Positions 44,239-63,329 of a stretch of DNA of 64,000 nt are shown here, piece by piece (positions within the stretch are counted from its first letter, which is position 1; each line of letters opens with the position of its first letter). Source of the DNA: Bugula neritina (taxonomy: Eukaryota > Animalia > Bryozoa); NCBI GenBank assembly GCA_964035545.1, contig OZ037765.1, positions 1,364,001 through 1,428,000 on the forward strand. The letters are read 5' to 3'. The notes under the pieces were generated by a model. It searched no databases and was not told the origin of the DNA. It saw only the letters and a program-made list of their open reading frames with translations. Position numbers and translations under genes: made by a program.

Positions 44239-44380
44239 ATATACAGTTCGCTCTTTAAACAATCAACTAGTTGGTTCTTTACATAACCTCACAAGTGGAT
44301 ATGCAGTAACTATCAACACACAATCACACCCTAATTAGTAGTGCACAAAACTACAACAGTATTGTGGTGTAGTGATTCTC

Positions 44381-44467
44381 CAATAGTCCCCATGGTTAGC
44401 ACGCTAGCTTGTGAGTTGAAGGTCTGCGTTTGATTCTCAGTGGGGGGGGGGGGGGCAGAAGCTTTTA
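44381..44467 (+). mobile_element. tRNA-derived element family A, degenerate copy with poly-G expansion
   Basis: ATGGTTAGCACGCTAGCTTGTGAG..AAGGTCTGCGTTTGATTCTCAGTG(G)n CAGAAGCTTTT. Confidence 0.6.
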
Positions 44468-44499
44468 GCATATCAGCAAAACACCACAAGTTGATAGGC

Positions 44500-47400
44500 T
44501 TAGTATTTCATAGTATATCTACGTAGACCACCATCTCCACATCCTAGAAACACCTTATTCTTGTACACAGCTACATCATGTACCCAGGTCTTCACACCGA
44601 GGTCTTCACGCTCAACACATTTCACTAAAGTACCTATAAATAATACTACAAAATGTAAATTTGAGAAGCAGATACGCGCTGTCTCAATGAGGCAATCAGA
44701 CAGATTTTCTTAAGCATGACAAAGTTTGGAAAGTTTGTATTAATTGCTTTTTATAGAATACAAGATCTATTCTGTGGTGTTGAGATTCCACCATAGCTCC
44801 TATATAGTGTAATGATTAGCACACTGGCTTGCAAGTTAAAAGTCTGAGGTTCCATTCCAGGTGGGGCAATTATTTTACACATTCATAACATACACATTAT
44901 ATATACTAACAAGCTATAATAAAATTATTACGGCTGCTACAGATTAAAAATATTTATTTAGAATAAATTATAGATTAACAGTTAATTATTTAGCTGCTTG
45001 CAATATTCAGTATGACAAACTGAGTGACCATTAGAAGTCAACAAGTATCTAAACACACAGCTCAACATCATATAACACTGCTACTATTCTAGTTTTTATA
45101 CTATTAAATTCCACTATAACATATTCACCGTGGAGAGATACAATGAAGAGGAAGCCGTTGGATGTACAGATATAAATCAGCTCAGATGTTGGATCAAAGG
45201 ATATTCCAGTTGGATCTGGGATGTGCGGAAACCTCCATAGCTCGGTGAGAGTTGTGTTCTCCACTTTGTACCGGCTCACTCTCCCATTGGTAGTATGATC
45301 TCCTATCAGTATAGTGGAGTCTGGCAGAACACATATAGGTCGAGGATCCTTCATGTCAGCAATTGATAGCCTTTGTACCACGTCTTCTGATAAAAAACAA
45401 GCTACAAGTTGTTTTTCTCTGTAATCTACAATATAAACTACGCCGTGCAGCTGGGCTATCCTGTAGGCGGTGTGTGCCTTCGCTGGCCGTTTATAAAGAA
45501 ATCTCGCCTTTTGTAGAGTGTTTGGGTCAAGAAGGACAACTTCAGCCGATTTATCTTTCCAATTATAGCTGCTTGCAATTACCTCCCTTTCAGGTTGAAT
45601 CATTTGCTTCCACCATGTAGTGTTGGTGTGTTTTACTACTGCAAAAGCGTTTAGACTGTCTGTATTTGCTACACTTATTATACCCTTGATTGTCCGACAC
45701 ATCATATGTCCATCAACTGTGAAGTTAATTGTCTCGCACTCTTTGCCTCCTGATATTTCATCAGGCTGGAAAAAATCTGGCGGGGTGCCAACATTTACCA
45801 ACTTTAATCCCAGACTGTCTTCACCATCTACAAAAAATTGAAAATTAAATTATTTCACAATAACATAATTTAGAAAATAAAGGACATTTTGAAACCAAAG
45901 TTTAGAACTTTAAAGTTGCACAGCTATAAATCAGGCTGTATAAAATAATATAATTTTTGTAAAATAGAAGCCATTTTCCATTTAGTGTATACCTTGACTA
46001 CTATGTACATGCTGTCACGTACAATAAAAAGAAGTACCTAAAATTACTATTATCATTTCATTGCATACTGCAGATGTGCAACTTTGGGATCAAAACACTA
46101 AAACAATATTAAAACAAAAGAAAACTTAATATTAACAGATTGTTGAAGCTGAGTAGTCAAACTGAATATGATGAAGAGTAAATGACACTTTAACCTAACA
46201 TTAGAAGTTTATTATAGAATCTCCAACGCTAGGCTTTATACAAACTAGCTGCTATACACTGCAGGTGTGCCAAATGAAAATCTGCAACATTTCTATGCTC
46301 ATGTTGCTCATCAGAAGGGTCAGTATGTGTGTTGAAGTGACAGTCACGGATATCATGAGAAAGGCACAAAAATATACTCACGTTTTGGTACAAGAACTTT
46401 TCTAAGTACTGTGCATTTCTCAACTGCACTGACGTCTGTTGCTTCTTCTATTTGTTTATCGATGCTCTTGTAGCCTTTGACAATGGCTACCACACTAGAT
46501 TCCTCATTCATACATTGCGCAGAAGCCAAAACTTCTTTCTTAACCAATGTTTTGTCCAAGGCAAGATCTATTAGGTACTCATCTACTATGTTTGTGCAGC
46601 TTCTCTGATAATCCAGGATTTCCGCTATTAAATTCTGGTGTTGCTTTCTAATATTTTCTATCTACAAAATATCTATAATTTTGAGCTGTTACTTTAATCC
46701 ACTTAACCTCTGCCTTCTATACGTCTACATACTTAACCTATTATTACTCACATATAACAGAAATATAAACTCACAAAAGTTTATGGTCCCCATCCTGTGA
46801 GAACGTCTGATGAAAATTTTTTTTTAATTTAGGCTAAAGACTTATATTTAATGAGGCACAGGAGCAATTATAACTGGATGCTTTTCCTAACATCACCAGT
46901 GGCCTTTGTCAGGGTTTGAACCCATGACTTCAAGCTCATTAGGCAAATGCTTTAACCCCTAGACCACGACTGCTCACGTACGTATAACATAATTAAAAAA
47001 CTCATGCAATCAAACTAGCAATTGAAGTTTGAGTTGTTTGTAATATCTTCATACTTTAGCATTAGCTATGTGCTCTACTCTGGCAATCATTTTCTTAGCA
47101 TCCTCTTCAATTCCACTCAGTTCTTTCCAGGCATCCTTTGACATGTCATTTAACATTGAAATCTTCTCTGATAAAATCTCTATTTTATCAGTCAGAATTC
47201 TCCTCAACTCACTCGATAGTTTTAAAAGAGGTGTTATATGATGGAGAGTTGTTCTTCCTTTTAAATATATATTCCAATTATTCATTGACTGCATGAATGC
47301 CACCCTAATACCACTTACTATATTAAAATACAATGACCATAGATGCAACCGTGAGTCACAAACTATTCTTTGAAGTTATGCACTCTCTATCAATCGGCAA

Positions 47401-48853
47401 TGTATAGATTATAAAACAAACTAACTGGCAAGGAATGTGTATAATTCTATTTGCTCGAATTTATGTCCCGTTAACACAAACTTTGCTGTTTAATGCTAAA
47501 AAAATCAAGTTCCAAAGTAAAAGTAACTTTAATTGGCATCTTGTTTCTAAATATGATTATGAATAGAAATTAAAAATGCACATTTCCACCTTACAAGTAA
47601 TTTAGGCAATACCTTTGCAGTCACTCCTAGAGTCACAGCGAATACAGAATATCTGGTGACACTCAGAACACGCCTCTATCAGCTGATGATGTTCATGATG
47701 TTCACAGTTAGTAATAATATAACGTTGTGGAAATGCTGTGTAGACATCAATGGGGATAAATTGATGTCTAGTGTTCATATACATTTCCAAGTGCTTTTCA
47801 TGATTCTACCAACAGAAAAATGGTTTAGTGAAACATCACAGTAAGTATTACCATCACAGTTATAAGTCTTAACATATGCACAATATTATACATTTTTGAA
47901 TGCATTTGCATGAAAATCAAAAATGTTTCTTATTCTGTGTCCTTCAACACAAAAGTAGCTGATGAATTACTTATGAAGCAACATTTTGGAGAGGTTTTAC
48001 ACATTGCCTTTAAGATTCTATAAAATCATCATTAAGATCTTGGCAATAATTGCTAGAATTTCATGGTAGACATACCAGTTATTGAAATATGTCTAACCTC
48101 CTGGTGCTGTGTACACAGTTTCCTCTGAATCTCCACACAGAACACAACAGCTCTGGTTTGACCTTCACACACATCACAAGGAATGAGAGGAGGTTTAGGT
48201 GGAGATCTATATTCTATTGGATCACCGAACTTGGCTACAGGAAGAGCTGTGGGGTCTGTGATGTCATGGAATTTTTCACTGCCAATTTAATTTAACATCA
48301 GTTAGGTAAGTAAAGTATGGCATATTATAGCAACAGAAGATAAAAGTGAGAGGAAATACTCATGAGGTAAGTGCAGTAATGGAGAAATTGGGGAAAGCTT
48401 ATATAGGTTCTAAATTTAAAAAAGTAGCATAAAAAGTTATGTGCTCACAAAATTTCAACTCTCGCTCCAAACCAAAATTAAAAAGAATCTAAAGAACTTG
48501 GGCTATCCCAATTTCACCATTACTGCTCCTAAATGTTATGTGGAAGCACAAAAAATTGAAAGTGGAAAAAAAGTAAGAGAAAAGACGGTTTGGTTCTTTT
48601 GACAAACTTAGTATGTTAGCAGCTCAAAGTTAGGCTTGGCCCCTTCAGAAACAGCAATATGAAGGTCTCACCCACAGTAGGCACATTTGACATAAGTCTT
48701 CCTGTAGCCGATATCCGTCTTTAAGCACCTCATACAGTAGACATGCAGACAGGGGAGGGTCCTAGGATCTTTCAGCTTAATGAAATGTTGTCTACAGTAT
48801 CCACATCTGTATGAGTCATTTAGCCTCTTTCTCACTACTCTAGAGTCAGCCAT
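44500..48853 (-). CDS. TRIM-family protein B, tandem paralogue of A with the same 7-exon structure
   Basis: Exons 48672-48853, 48098-48278, 47613-47805, 47055-47257 (weak AAG acceptor), 46382-46661, 45129-45827 (DPRPICVLPDSTILIGD, DPTGISFDP), 44500-44633 (VFLGCGDGGLRRYTMKY*); intron positions and phases match A. Confidence 0.85.
44795..44877 (+). mobile_element. tRNA-derived element family A copy in the last intron of TRIM paralogue B
   Basis: TAGTGTAATGATTAGCACACTGGCTTGCAAG..AGTCTGAGGTTCCATTCCAGGTGGGGC. Confidence 0.65.
46778..46973 (-). mobile_element. SINE family B copy in an intron of TRIM paralogue B
   Basis: Reverse complement GCAGTCGTGGTCTAGGGGTTAAAGC..GGGTTCAAACCC..GGTGATGTTAGGAAAAGCATCCAG..TTGCTCC. 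Confidence 0.78.
48365..48535. mobile_element. MITE, same family, in intron 1 of TRIM paralogue B
   Basis: GCAGTAATGGAGAAATT..AAAAGTTATGTG..AAAGAACTTGGGCTAT..AATTTCACCATTACTGC. More decayed copies near 6870-7000, 9320-9460 and 49910-50050. Confidence 0.78.
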
Positions 48854-51004
48854 TGTTAGTATTTCTGTACACTCTAAAATAAAATTACACAATAATAAAT
48901 GTTTGCTTAGTACTGACTGCCAAACTCGTTGCTATATGGGATATGTTATAATACACTGTGTAAAACAATTATTTCAAATAATGATATGACTGAATGAAGC
49001 ATATTAATATTTTGTAATGAAATTATCATTTATTCTAAAGAACTACATATACCTACTATATGCTAATGATCCAAATAGGAAATGCTGAATTTAAATATCT
49101 TTTTACCATTTAGTGATTAATTTTTGCTAGTTAATCGACATTCCAAGTAAAACAATTATTTCATTTTCTATACATATAAGCATGTTTTAATATAGAAGTT
49201 ACAACTCATGCAGCGATTGCGCTGAGCTATAGTATATATAGTGTATGTTATTTTATATAGATGCTACTGGGTGCACTTTTTAATGAACACACAACATATG
49301 CATATCTACTTTGCTTCAAGTGTTTGCAAAGGATATTTACTATTCTATTTAGATTCTAGAGGTCTGTGTCTTAATTGCTACTGGACTGAGGGTCTATTAA
49401 ATGCAGAGGTTGGGGCCATTAAAATAATATAATTGCCATTAAGGCTAATCACTATCAAATGTTTGAATTATTTTGTTATAAAACCTAAATAGAGAGATAA
49501 TTAGTGTTTCATATCTCAAGTCAAAACCACTGTGATATTAGGAAGAGCATTCATGCAGTCGTAACTGTGCCTGTGCCACATTAAAAAAGTCCTTAGCCTA
49601 GGTTGAAAGACCTTTACCAGGATAGCGACTTTAAAAAGTATACATAAGTTTTAATCTCAAATCCCTGCTGGAATTATTCAACCATCAATAGATCACACAA
49701 ATAGCCACAAAGATGTTTAACTAAATGGCATAAATTATCATTATAGTTCAGCAACGTCATCTTGAGTTTTTGAAATACACCCATTAAACTAATGGATTAC
49801 AATCTCCTCTTCTCAGTTCACTGACTAAACCATACTCTTTCACAGCTAGTAGTATACCAGGGTGACCTAGATGTGAAACCAGCCTTTAAAGTCATAAACA
49901 GTAACATAGATGTAGGCACGGTAATAGAGAAGTTAGAAAAAGCCTGGGTCATAGATGAGAAATAAAGAAACCAAAGTTCAGGATCAGGATGATTTCAACA
50001 TGTCTCCAGACACCCAAATCCATTAGGACAATTAAAGAGCTTAGGCGATCAATAGAGGATAAACCATAACATTGTAGAGGCAAATTGGACTCACTATATA
50101 GTAGCAATTATACTGAAACTAAGTGCAAACATTCAAAATATAAGTTTAGCAATTGAATAAAATTGTCTACCAAGATTTAATATTGAAAAGAAAAGCATTA
50201 CATTTAATATACAATTCAATACAGCACATCTGAAGCTGGGCAAACGATTACACTCTTGCTGGTTACAGCATTTAGGCAATGTCTACACTAACCGTGTAAC
50301 ATTCATAAAAGTCTCAAATACTATTAAAGCACAAGCAACTTCATTTCACATTATGTGACAGCATTTGTATCATGATAACTATAATGCAATCTGCTAATAA
50401 TAATAATAAGGGGGGGGGGGGGGGAGGGGGCTCTATTTTTACCTGGAAGTCATATAGTAAACTAAGCCGGTGTTTAGCATGAATACTTACCGGTGTATCA
50501 TTATACTGTGTTTACACTTAGCTTATAAAATCCTAGGCACGTTGGGTTACTACACCCTACCACTACACAAAACCACACATCGCATGCTAAAAACTAGCTG
50601 CTAAAACAGTAAAACCTTCAAATGGGCAAAATCTAATACTCATACCTGTAAAAATAACACAAACCTTCAAAATAAGTCAATTTTTGTGGCAAGTGGAGAA
50701 AATTACAATATAAATAATTATATCCAGCATTATTAAAGAGAATAAAATAGATAAACTTACTTGTTTTGCTACAAATAAGATACGGCGTCCAGGAGCTAAT
50801 ACTTCTGTCAAGTGGCTGTACTTGAGAGCTAAAGCTGTAGGCTTTGCATATACTTCACTACACTGGCCAATCATGGCTAAAATATGCCTGCACTAGAAAT
50901 TGCAAAATTCTATTACATGAGGATACAACTCTTGTTTACAAATGGTGAAACATGCTCTATATACACAAGTCATATTCAGTGACAAAAGTTTTATTGCACC
51001 AATC

Positions 51005-51220
51005 ACATGTGACAGTGTGAAACTGTGACACCAGTAGATGTGACAGTGTGCTTAGTAGTTTTGTTATCTCTATAACGGGGGGGGGGGGTACAATCAATTT
51101 TTATTATGAGACTGTGACAATTTACACTAGGCCACTGTGATACTGTGACACTACACACTGGACAGCTGTGACGCTGTGACGCTGTGTGACACTCTGTACA
51201 CTGTGTTTAGTAGTTTTGCT
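51005..51220. repeat. Degenerate (CTGTGACA)-rich low-complexity repeat
   Basis: Many TGTGAC(A/G) units in two blocks each ending TTAGTAGTTTTG.TATCT. Confidence 0.6.
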
Positions 51221-52238
51221 ATCTTTATCTCCGTGTGGTTTTCGCTCTTAATTTATGAAATGTTGAAAAATACAGAAAATTAAAAATATCACTTATAAGC
51301 ATTATCAAAAGCATTAAAATATTGTAAAGAAATATGAAGATATTTTACTAGAAGTTAGTCAAATATGTGCAGCAAGCGTTGCTTTATTATAGCAAGAGAA
51401 GGTAACTTCTAGTATATGCTCCTCAATAGTACCTTTGTACAAAGAAGGCATATCAGAATTTTGGCTGCAAACTTATAAAGAAAGTTATAAAAGTTGGTAA
51501 TGGCAGTATGGATAGACAAACTCTATATACAGTTAGGCTATATGCTTGAGCTGTTTCCATTTACTCAGCTACATCAATTGGTCAGACAACTCCACTGTAT
51601 AACTATTATATTTTAATCAATATAGGGCTTTAGCAAAAACATTGCAACTTTTAAATTTTTGACATTTTTGAAAGTACGTAGTTATATCTTTTGGGTTACT
51701 TTGATCAGACTAAAGTATTAGGTTTTTTTTTTACAGCCTTATATTATACTCACTCATATGTATGTATGTATGTCACAGAACAACTAGTTTGCACTGGTTT
51801 TACTAGTGAGCCTTCTGCAATTTTGGCAGCCATGTTCTTACATTAGTTTCTTATGTTGCTATCAAGATATTTTGGGTGAAATGTTTAAATTCATACCTAA
51901 ACAACTTGCATAGGACATGGTATAAGTTTTCAGACTGCAATAACAGTAATTCATGATCTAATTTAAATTGACATTATAAAAATAAACACATTCATCAGAG
52001 TAAGTTTGATAACTAAAAATGGGCTTTATTTCATGTTTAGCATTAGAGAAGAACATTTTACAGTTCCATATTTGTATAGTATAATGGTTTGGGTAAAATG
52101 TTATGACAGAGTAAATTATATATATATTTATAGAGTTTTGTGTTGAATTATTAAGTTTACGAATAACAACACTGCTTTAAATTTATGAAAACACCCAAAG
52201 TTTATTGAACCCAGGTAATTGATTGGAGGAATCTCAGT

Positions 52239-57748
<5,510 letters not shown>

Positions 57749-57812
57749 GATGCTCTGAGTTGACAGAGTCACTGCCAGTCGTTATCTGACCAGCGTATGT
57801 CAGTGGAAGCCA

Positions 57813-57844
57813 TTTTATACCTGGAGATTCACTGTGATGACGTG
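57813..57844 (-). promoter_or_regulatory. TATA box (TATAAAA) and CRE/ATF-like site of the olfactomedin gene
   Basis: TTTTATA on + at 57813-57819, 65 bp upstream of the ATG; TGATGACGTG at 57835-57844. Confidence 0.55.
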
Positions 57845-60800
57845 AGCAATGTGTAGAGGTGTGACGGTGTAGAGAAAAGTATTTATAGTATCAGCTGTAG
57901 AACACCTAGCCAACCTGCTGGCATTTTTATCAGACCTCAAATACTGACTAAATTATAAAAAAATATTATTGCTTATAGTTTCAAACAAATATTGTGATCA
58001 AAGGATTGAGTTTTAAACCTACATAACTATTCTATTTTTGGGAACCTGTACAGCTCTACAATAATGTAGACATAGTATGGAAACACTATAATAATTATGT
58101 CACTTTGCTCCACTACCTTGAGTGTTTAAATTTATATTCACCATTTTACTGACATAAGGCAAATCCTTCTATATAATACTATCTCGCACTGCTTTGAGGA
58201 AAAATAGAGTTTAGAAAATATTATTTGCAGTATAGTTATTGAAATAAATTGCGATTTGCCACTTTATTTTAAAATTTCATCGAAGCGTAGTAACTTTAAC
58301 TCAATAAACGTAAGATCTGCTTTTCAATTTCCTGTAACAAATTGTACTAATCTGCATATTATTGAGTTATTAAGTAAAATTGGTCAGTTTATTTTTATCG
58401 TGTCACGCTGCATGATTATATCCTCAAGTGTCATAATCAGAAATGTACACAACAAGTGAAACAGGATGTTGTGTTACTGAAGTTTATATTAATAGTCAAA
58501 TGTGTTAAAGTTTTACTCACTATAATATTTTAAACATAGTTCTGAGCTCAATTTTATTTGCAAGATTATATGCATTAATTACAGCAACTGTTTAAGTTTT
58601 GATCAACAAATTAATTTATAGCAAGTAAAAAATAGTAGGAGTAATTATTAGAGCACAAGTAATCTTACTTTGCTATTAACTAATATATGTAAGCTCAATG
58701 CTATGCAAGCTCAGTGCTATGTAAGACCAATAACTATGTTATTATGTGCTGCGTTAACTATAGTAGCAGTGATATTTATGCAAATGCATGCTTAGAGAAG
58801 TTATGCTCTTTTCAAAAAATAGTTATTATATGACTACATAATTAGAGGAGAAATCAATAAAAATATTCTTTACATGTGTGAATGTCTGCTTGTTTTAATA
58901 ATCAGGTTATATACATTCTAGAAAAATCTAGAAATGTAGTCATAAAAGCACTTATACGTAAAATTTGCCAAATCATAACATTCGGCCAGCCGATGAAATC
59001 AATTGGTTTGTTATTTCTCCAAATAAGAGTCAAATAAGTTTCAAAAAACAAAATAAGACGTAATATTTGGTTTGAAAAGAATTTAAAAGTTAGTCTACTA
59101 AAATCTTTTTGATGAATTACCGCAAATTACAAAATATTTAGGCACTGAATTTGAAGTCTTGAATGAATTCAAGCTAAACTTACATAGCAGGATTGAAAAT
59201 TTGAGCATTCATAGTATGAAGTCATATGAAAAGTAACAGCTATATGCAGTACCAGCATATTGAACTAATTTTTTTGAATATTTCCTAATCAAATTGATAA
59301 ATAAATGAGATAAATTTAGAATTAAACTGAAGCCTGACAATACCAGTAAAATAGGACACAATAAATATTTGGCAACTAATCCAATAAATGTAGCCTGGAC
59401 TTTGTGTAAACAAATATTTTGACGAAAGGGAGTAGTAAAAGAAGCCCTAACTATGGGAGTTATATGCAAATGCAATAAGGCTATATAAAACTAGGAACTA
59501 TAACTATGAGGGTATCAATTGCAAAAACTCCCACATTGATGATTGATTCATGCACCAGTATCACGGAATAACATTACTGACAACTTATTTTAGAAAACAT
59601 TAACAGAGATGTCAGACTGACGAAGTAAATAGTGGTAAGGAATTTATTCTCATAAAATAACCATGTCGTCATTGTTTAGGAAATCTATATTTATATAAAT
59701 TCACATGGGTTTATATAGTCACTATCTCTGTGAGAACCCCTGCGTGATGTGAAGGTTTTTTCAAGCGGGCTAAGGACAGCTGTTTTCCATTGTGATTAGA
59801 GTGAGGCCCTATTGTATGACATACATACACACTGCGAGGTCATTGGCGATGTCATTGTTTATAAATCTGTATACGTGCTACCTTATAATTCCTCAAACCA
59901 TATTATCAGCATAGTAAGAGAACTTAGCCTAAAATACTTTGCCATCACTGACCTTGACATTTACTATTTAAACAAACATATATATATGTATCAAACAATT
60001 ATTTGCATTATTACCATGTCATCACATTGATGTGATGTTTTGCATGTTTGATAGCTAGATAGAAAATATAGACTTTTAGGTTTAAATTATAAATTCATTT
60101 TCACCAATTTTCTCCAGCGAAAAGCATAAATAAAGAATGCTGTAAACTCATTTCATACTTCAGCAATATTTTTAGTGTATCATGAATATTATATGAGGCA
60201 AACTATTAGTTTCATTAAATCTTTCGAATAAAATATATTCTTAGTGTTGGCAAATGATTAAAGTGTCTGACTAAAATGAATTATTAAAGTATATTATTAA
60301 AAAAATCTCAATGCAAAATTCTTGCATATATAGTATAAACGTGTTTATAACCATTATTCTCTATCTATTTCTTTTACATTATATGCAGACTCTAAATTAG
60401 AAATATTAGGTTCATGCAGCTATAATGACCTCATTATTGATAAACAATTAAACCTAATTTTAATTATCTCTACCTCTGAACTTTAGTACTTTTGGCTTAG
60501 TTATTATATAGTGTCAGATAATGAGGCTAAAATATATATAAGATATGAAGCTATCTGTAATTTATATCATACAATGAACCTTAAATTATTGACCTCCTAA
60601 AATTATGCAACACAATTATCATGAAAATAGCTAAGCAATACAGTACAATTGTAATATTAATACTATTTAAGGTTTCAATGCATTCCGTTCAGATAATTTG
60701 CTACTAATAGTCCTTCACGATGCCACAAATGAAATACTAATCAATATTTGCTTTGTTCCTTGCCTTAATTACACAATACACACATGACTCTAATAAAAGA

Positions 60801-60973
60801 CATGCTGACCCTACTTTTGAAACAGTCACCAAAACAAACAACAAAGAAAAGCTGTTTATATATGATATGTCATTATGCATCAGTTACACAGGCAATATAT
60901 AGGTGAAATAGCCACACGGTTTCCTTCTTTTATACCTACTCTTTAGTTTTGCAACTGCATTGCCAGAGTTTCA

Positions 60974-61602
60974 ATGAGTGACATGGAGGAGAAAACTAAC
61001 TTTACTGTGTTTGCCGAGGACAGCGATTTTCATGGAGTTAGACAAGTAACCAGAGCTAACAATGGGGTGGTAAGCTTTGAAAACAACTGTACAGGCACAT
61101 TAGTTTATTTCTAAACAATATTTAACTATAATATCATTTACCAAATTTCACCACAAATTAACTAAATTACGATTAGATAAAAACTCAAAAAAGTTTATAT
61201 AGTCACTATTTCTGTGAAAAACCCTTGGTGGAAGTTTTCTTTGTTAATCTGCGCTAACGACTTATTCAAATGTTACACCGGAGCAATTGTGACTGGGTGC
61301 TTTCTTAACATCACGGATGGCCTTTGTCCAACACAACTTATGACTTCACTCTTACTAGACAAATGCTTTAACCCCTAGACCACAGCTGCTCCCTAAATTG
61401 AAATTGAATAAAATATTAAAATAATTATTACAAGCCTTGCTACCTTGTCATATGATATTTTTGCAGCCTAGACGAATTTTATGGGGACTTATGCTGGCCG
61501 TGGCCCTAGGAGTTCTGGTCTACAACACAACCCAACAAGTTATTAACTTTTTCAAGTACGACCACATCACAAAACTAGACATCACATTTGTCCATGAACT
61601 GG
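60974..61602 (+). CDS. DEG/ENaC (ASIC-like) ion channel, first two coding exons; gene continues beyond the window
   Basis: Exons 60974-61069 (MSDMEEKTNFTVFAEDSDFHGVRQV, conserved pre-TM1 F..S..HG motif) and 61467-61602 (RRILWGLMLAVALGVLVY TM1, FFKYDHITKLDI..EL). The expected next exon (FPAVTxCN) was not found before 64000. Confidence 0.88.
61192..61389 (-). mobile_element. SINE family B copy in DEG/ENaC intron (3' fragment of another copy near 59711-59800)
   Basis: Shares CAAATGCTTTAACCCCTAGACCAC, GGCCTTTGTC and GGAGCAATT..ACTGG.TGCTTT with the 46778 copy; ATATAGTCACTAT.TCTGTGA shared with 59711. Confidence 0.75.
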
Positions 61603-63329
61603 GTAAGTGCATTGCTAACATGATTCCACAGTACCAGTATATTATCACCATACTTATTTTATATTGAAAGTGTAAAGTTTATATATTACTTAACGCACAC
61701 TAGGCCGTTGCTACTTTCCAAGCTTAGCTCCTAGTAATATGTTCTATTAGCCCCTTTGAGAGAAGGTGGCTTTATTATATAGCCTAATACTCCCATTTAA
61801 TAACATACTAATGTTGAATTGAGATGTTTTGTTCTCCAATGAGCTCTCACACTTTTTAATTTTTGATTAGAGGTTCTTGCATATAGTTTCCATAGCAACC
61901 TGGCTATGTTTGTTTGCTAAGCACATGGTTACAAGAAATAGCTGATGATGTACCTGCCTTATTATGAGTAAAGAGGTTTATTAAGATAAACTAATTATGT
62001 AATCAACTGTTGTAAAGAACGTGTGCAAATAAACTGTGAACTACTTCTAGTATAATTAGGGTTCCATTAACATGCTTTGGCATACAAACTTAGAGATTAA
62101 GACAATTAATAGCTCATTTAAATTTCAAATAGAAAATATTTATTATCAAATATTTTGCAATTCTCTGCCTGTTCTAACCCTTATCTAACAACTGTTTAGC
62201 TTTTATAAATAAAAAATGTTTTAATTAGCTGGCTGTAAGACTATGTTCAATATTTGCCTCAAATAAGGCTTAGATATACAGCGCTGGCTTACAAGGAATC
62301 AACTAATAACAAGCTAGAGTTGTGCCCGTTACCAGCTGTAGGTAAATGCACAAGTTTTCATTTTATTGGCCAATTTTATATGAGCTGTTTGAATAGTTGA
62401 GAGTTACTAAATGCCCAGACTACATTAACTAGGATTTTTATCATTGCAATTAAAACAACTGCTAATTGCCACTTAAAGCAAGAAATAGTTTTTTACTGCG
62501 TAAAAAAAGCTATGCTGCTTGCCTCTTCTTTTTCTTATAAACAAGCTAACGTATTCTAAAAAAATACTTTGAAAAATTAAAAAGTCTTCCATTGTCTGGG
62601 TAACATAGGCAAAGATAAGATGGGTTATATAACATTAATGCCTATTGGAGCAATAATTTGTATTATACATTCTGTCAACCTACAGTAAAATTTTTATGCA
62701 TACAAAAATGTCTTTCACAATTCTACCCAAAGCTTATATAAACAATAAAATATTGAAGAAAAGTGTTAAGAATATCATCCATATTTGCACGCCTACAGAA
62801 TTTTATACATAATATACTGTATGTTATAGGTGTAATAGATATACTATCAAAAGGTAATGCATGTTAACACCCAGTGACTATTTCAAAGCTTATTATATGT
62901 TTGTTTATAAAAGCATAAAAAGACAATATAATTCATATTGATATTTGCATTTGACAAATAATGAAACATCACACTAACATGAATTATTTACTGCTGAAGT
63001 AAAGAATGATAAGTCTATACCAGTTATTTTTAGCCAATATAGAGAAACAATTACTTTAAAGTGATATCAATTCAACACTTGATAATTAGGAAGTGAACCT
63101 GATCCTCTGAATAGAATGTTTGCAGACATAACAGCTGTTCCAATTCTTTCAAATAGATATTGTAAGAATTATTTTATTACTCTTTGTGATATGGTTATTG
63201 GCAGCCCAAAGTGTCAAAATATTTAGCAGCGTTACATAAAAAGAACATAATAGTATAATAATCTAAAATGCTTACAACTTTGAAGTAGCAGTTCCTATAA
63301 AAGCTCTATATATAGTGAAAGTATGCATA

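Noticed and set aside
50490-50890. Exon-like segments with GTAAGT donors on the minus strand upstream of TRIM B (ORF 50677-50874)
   Set aside because: Could be 5' UTR exons, but I could not build a consistent in-frame path to 48853 or recognise a domain.
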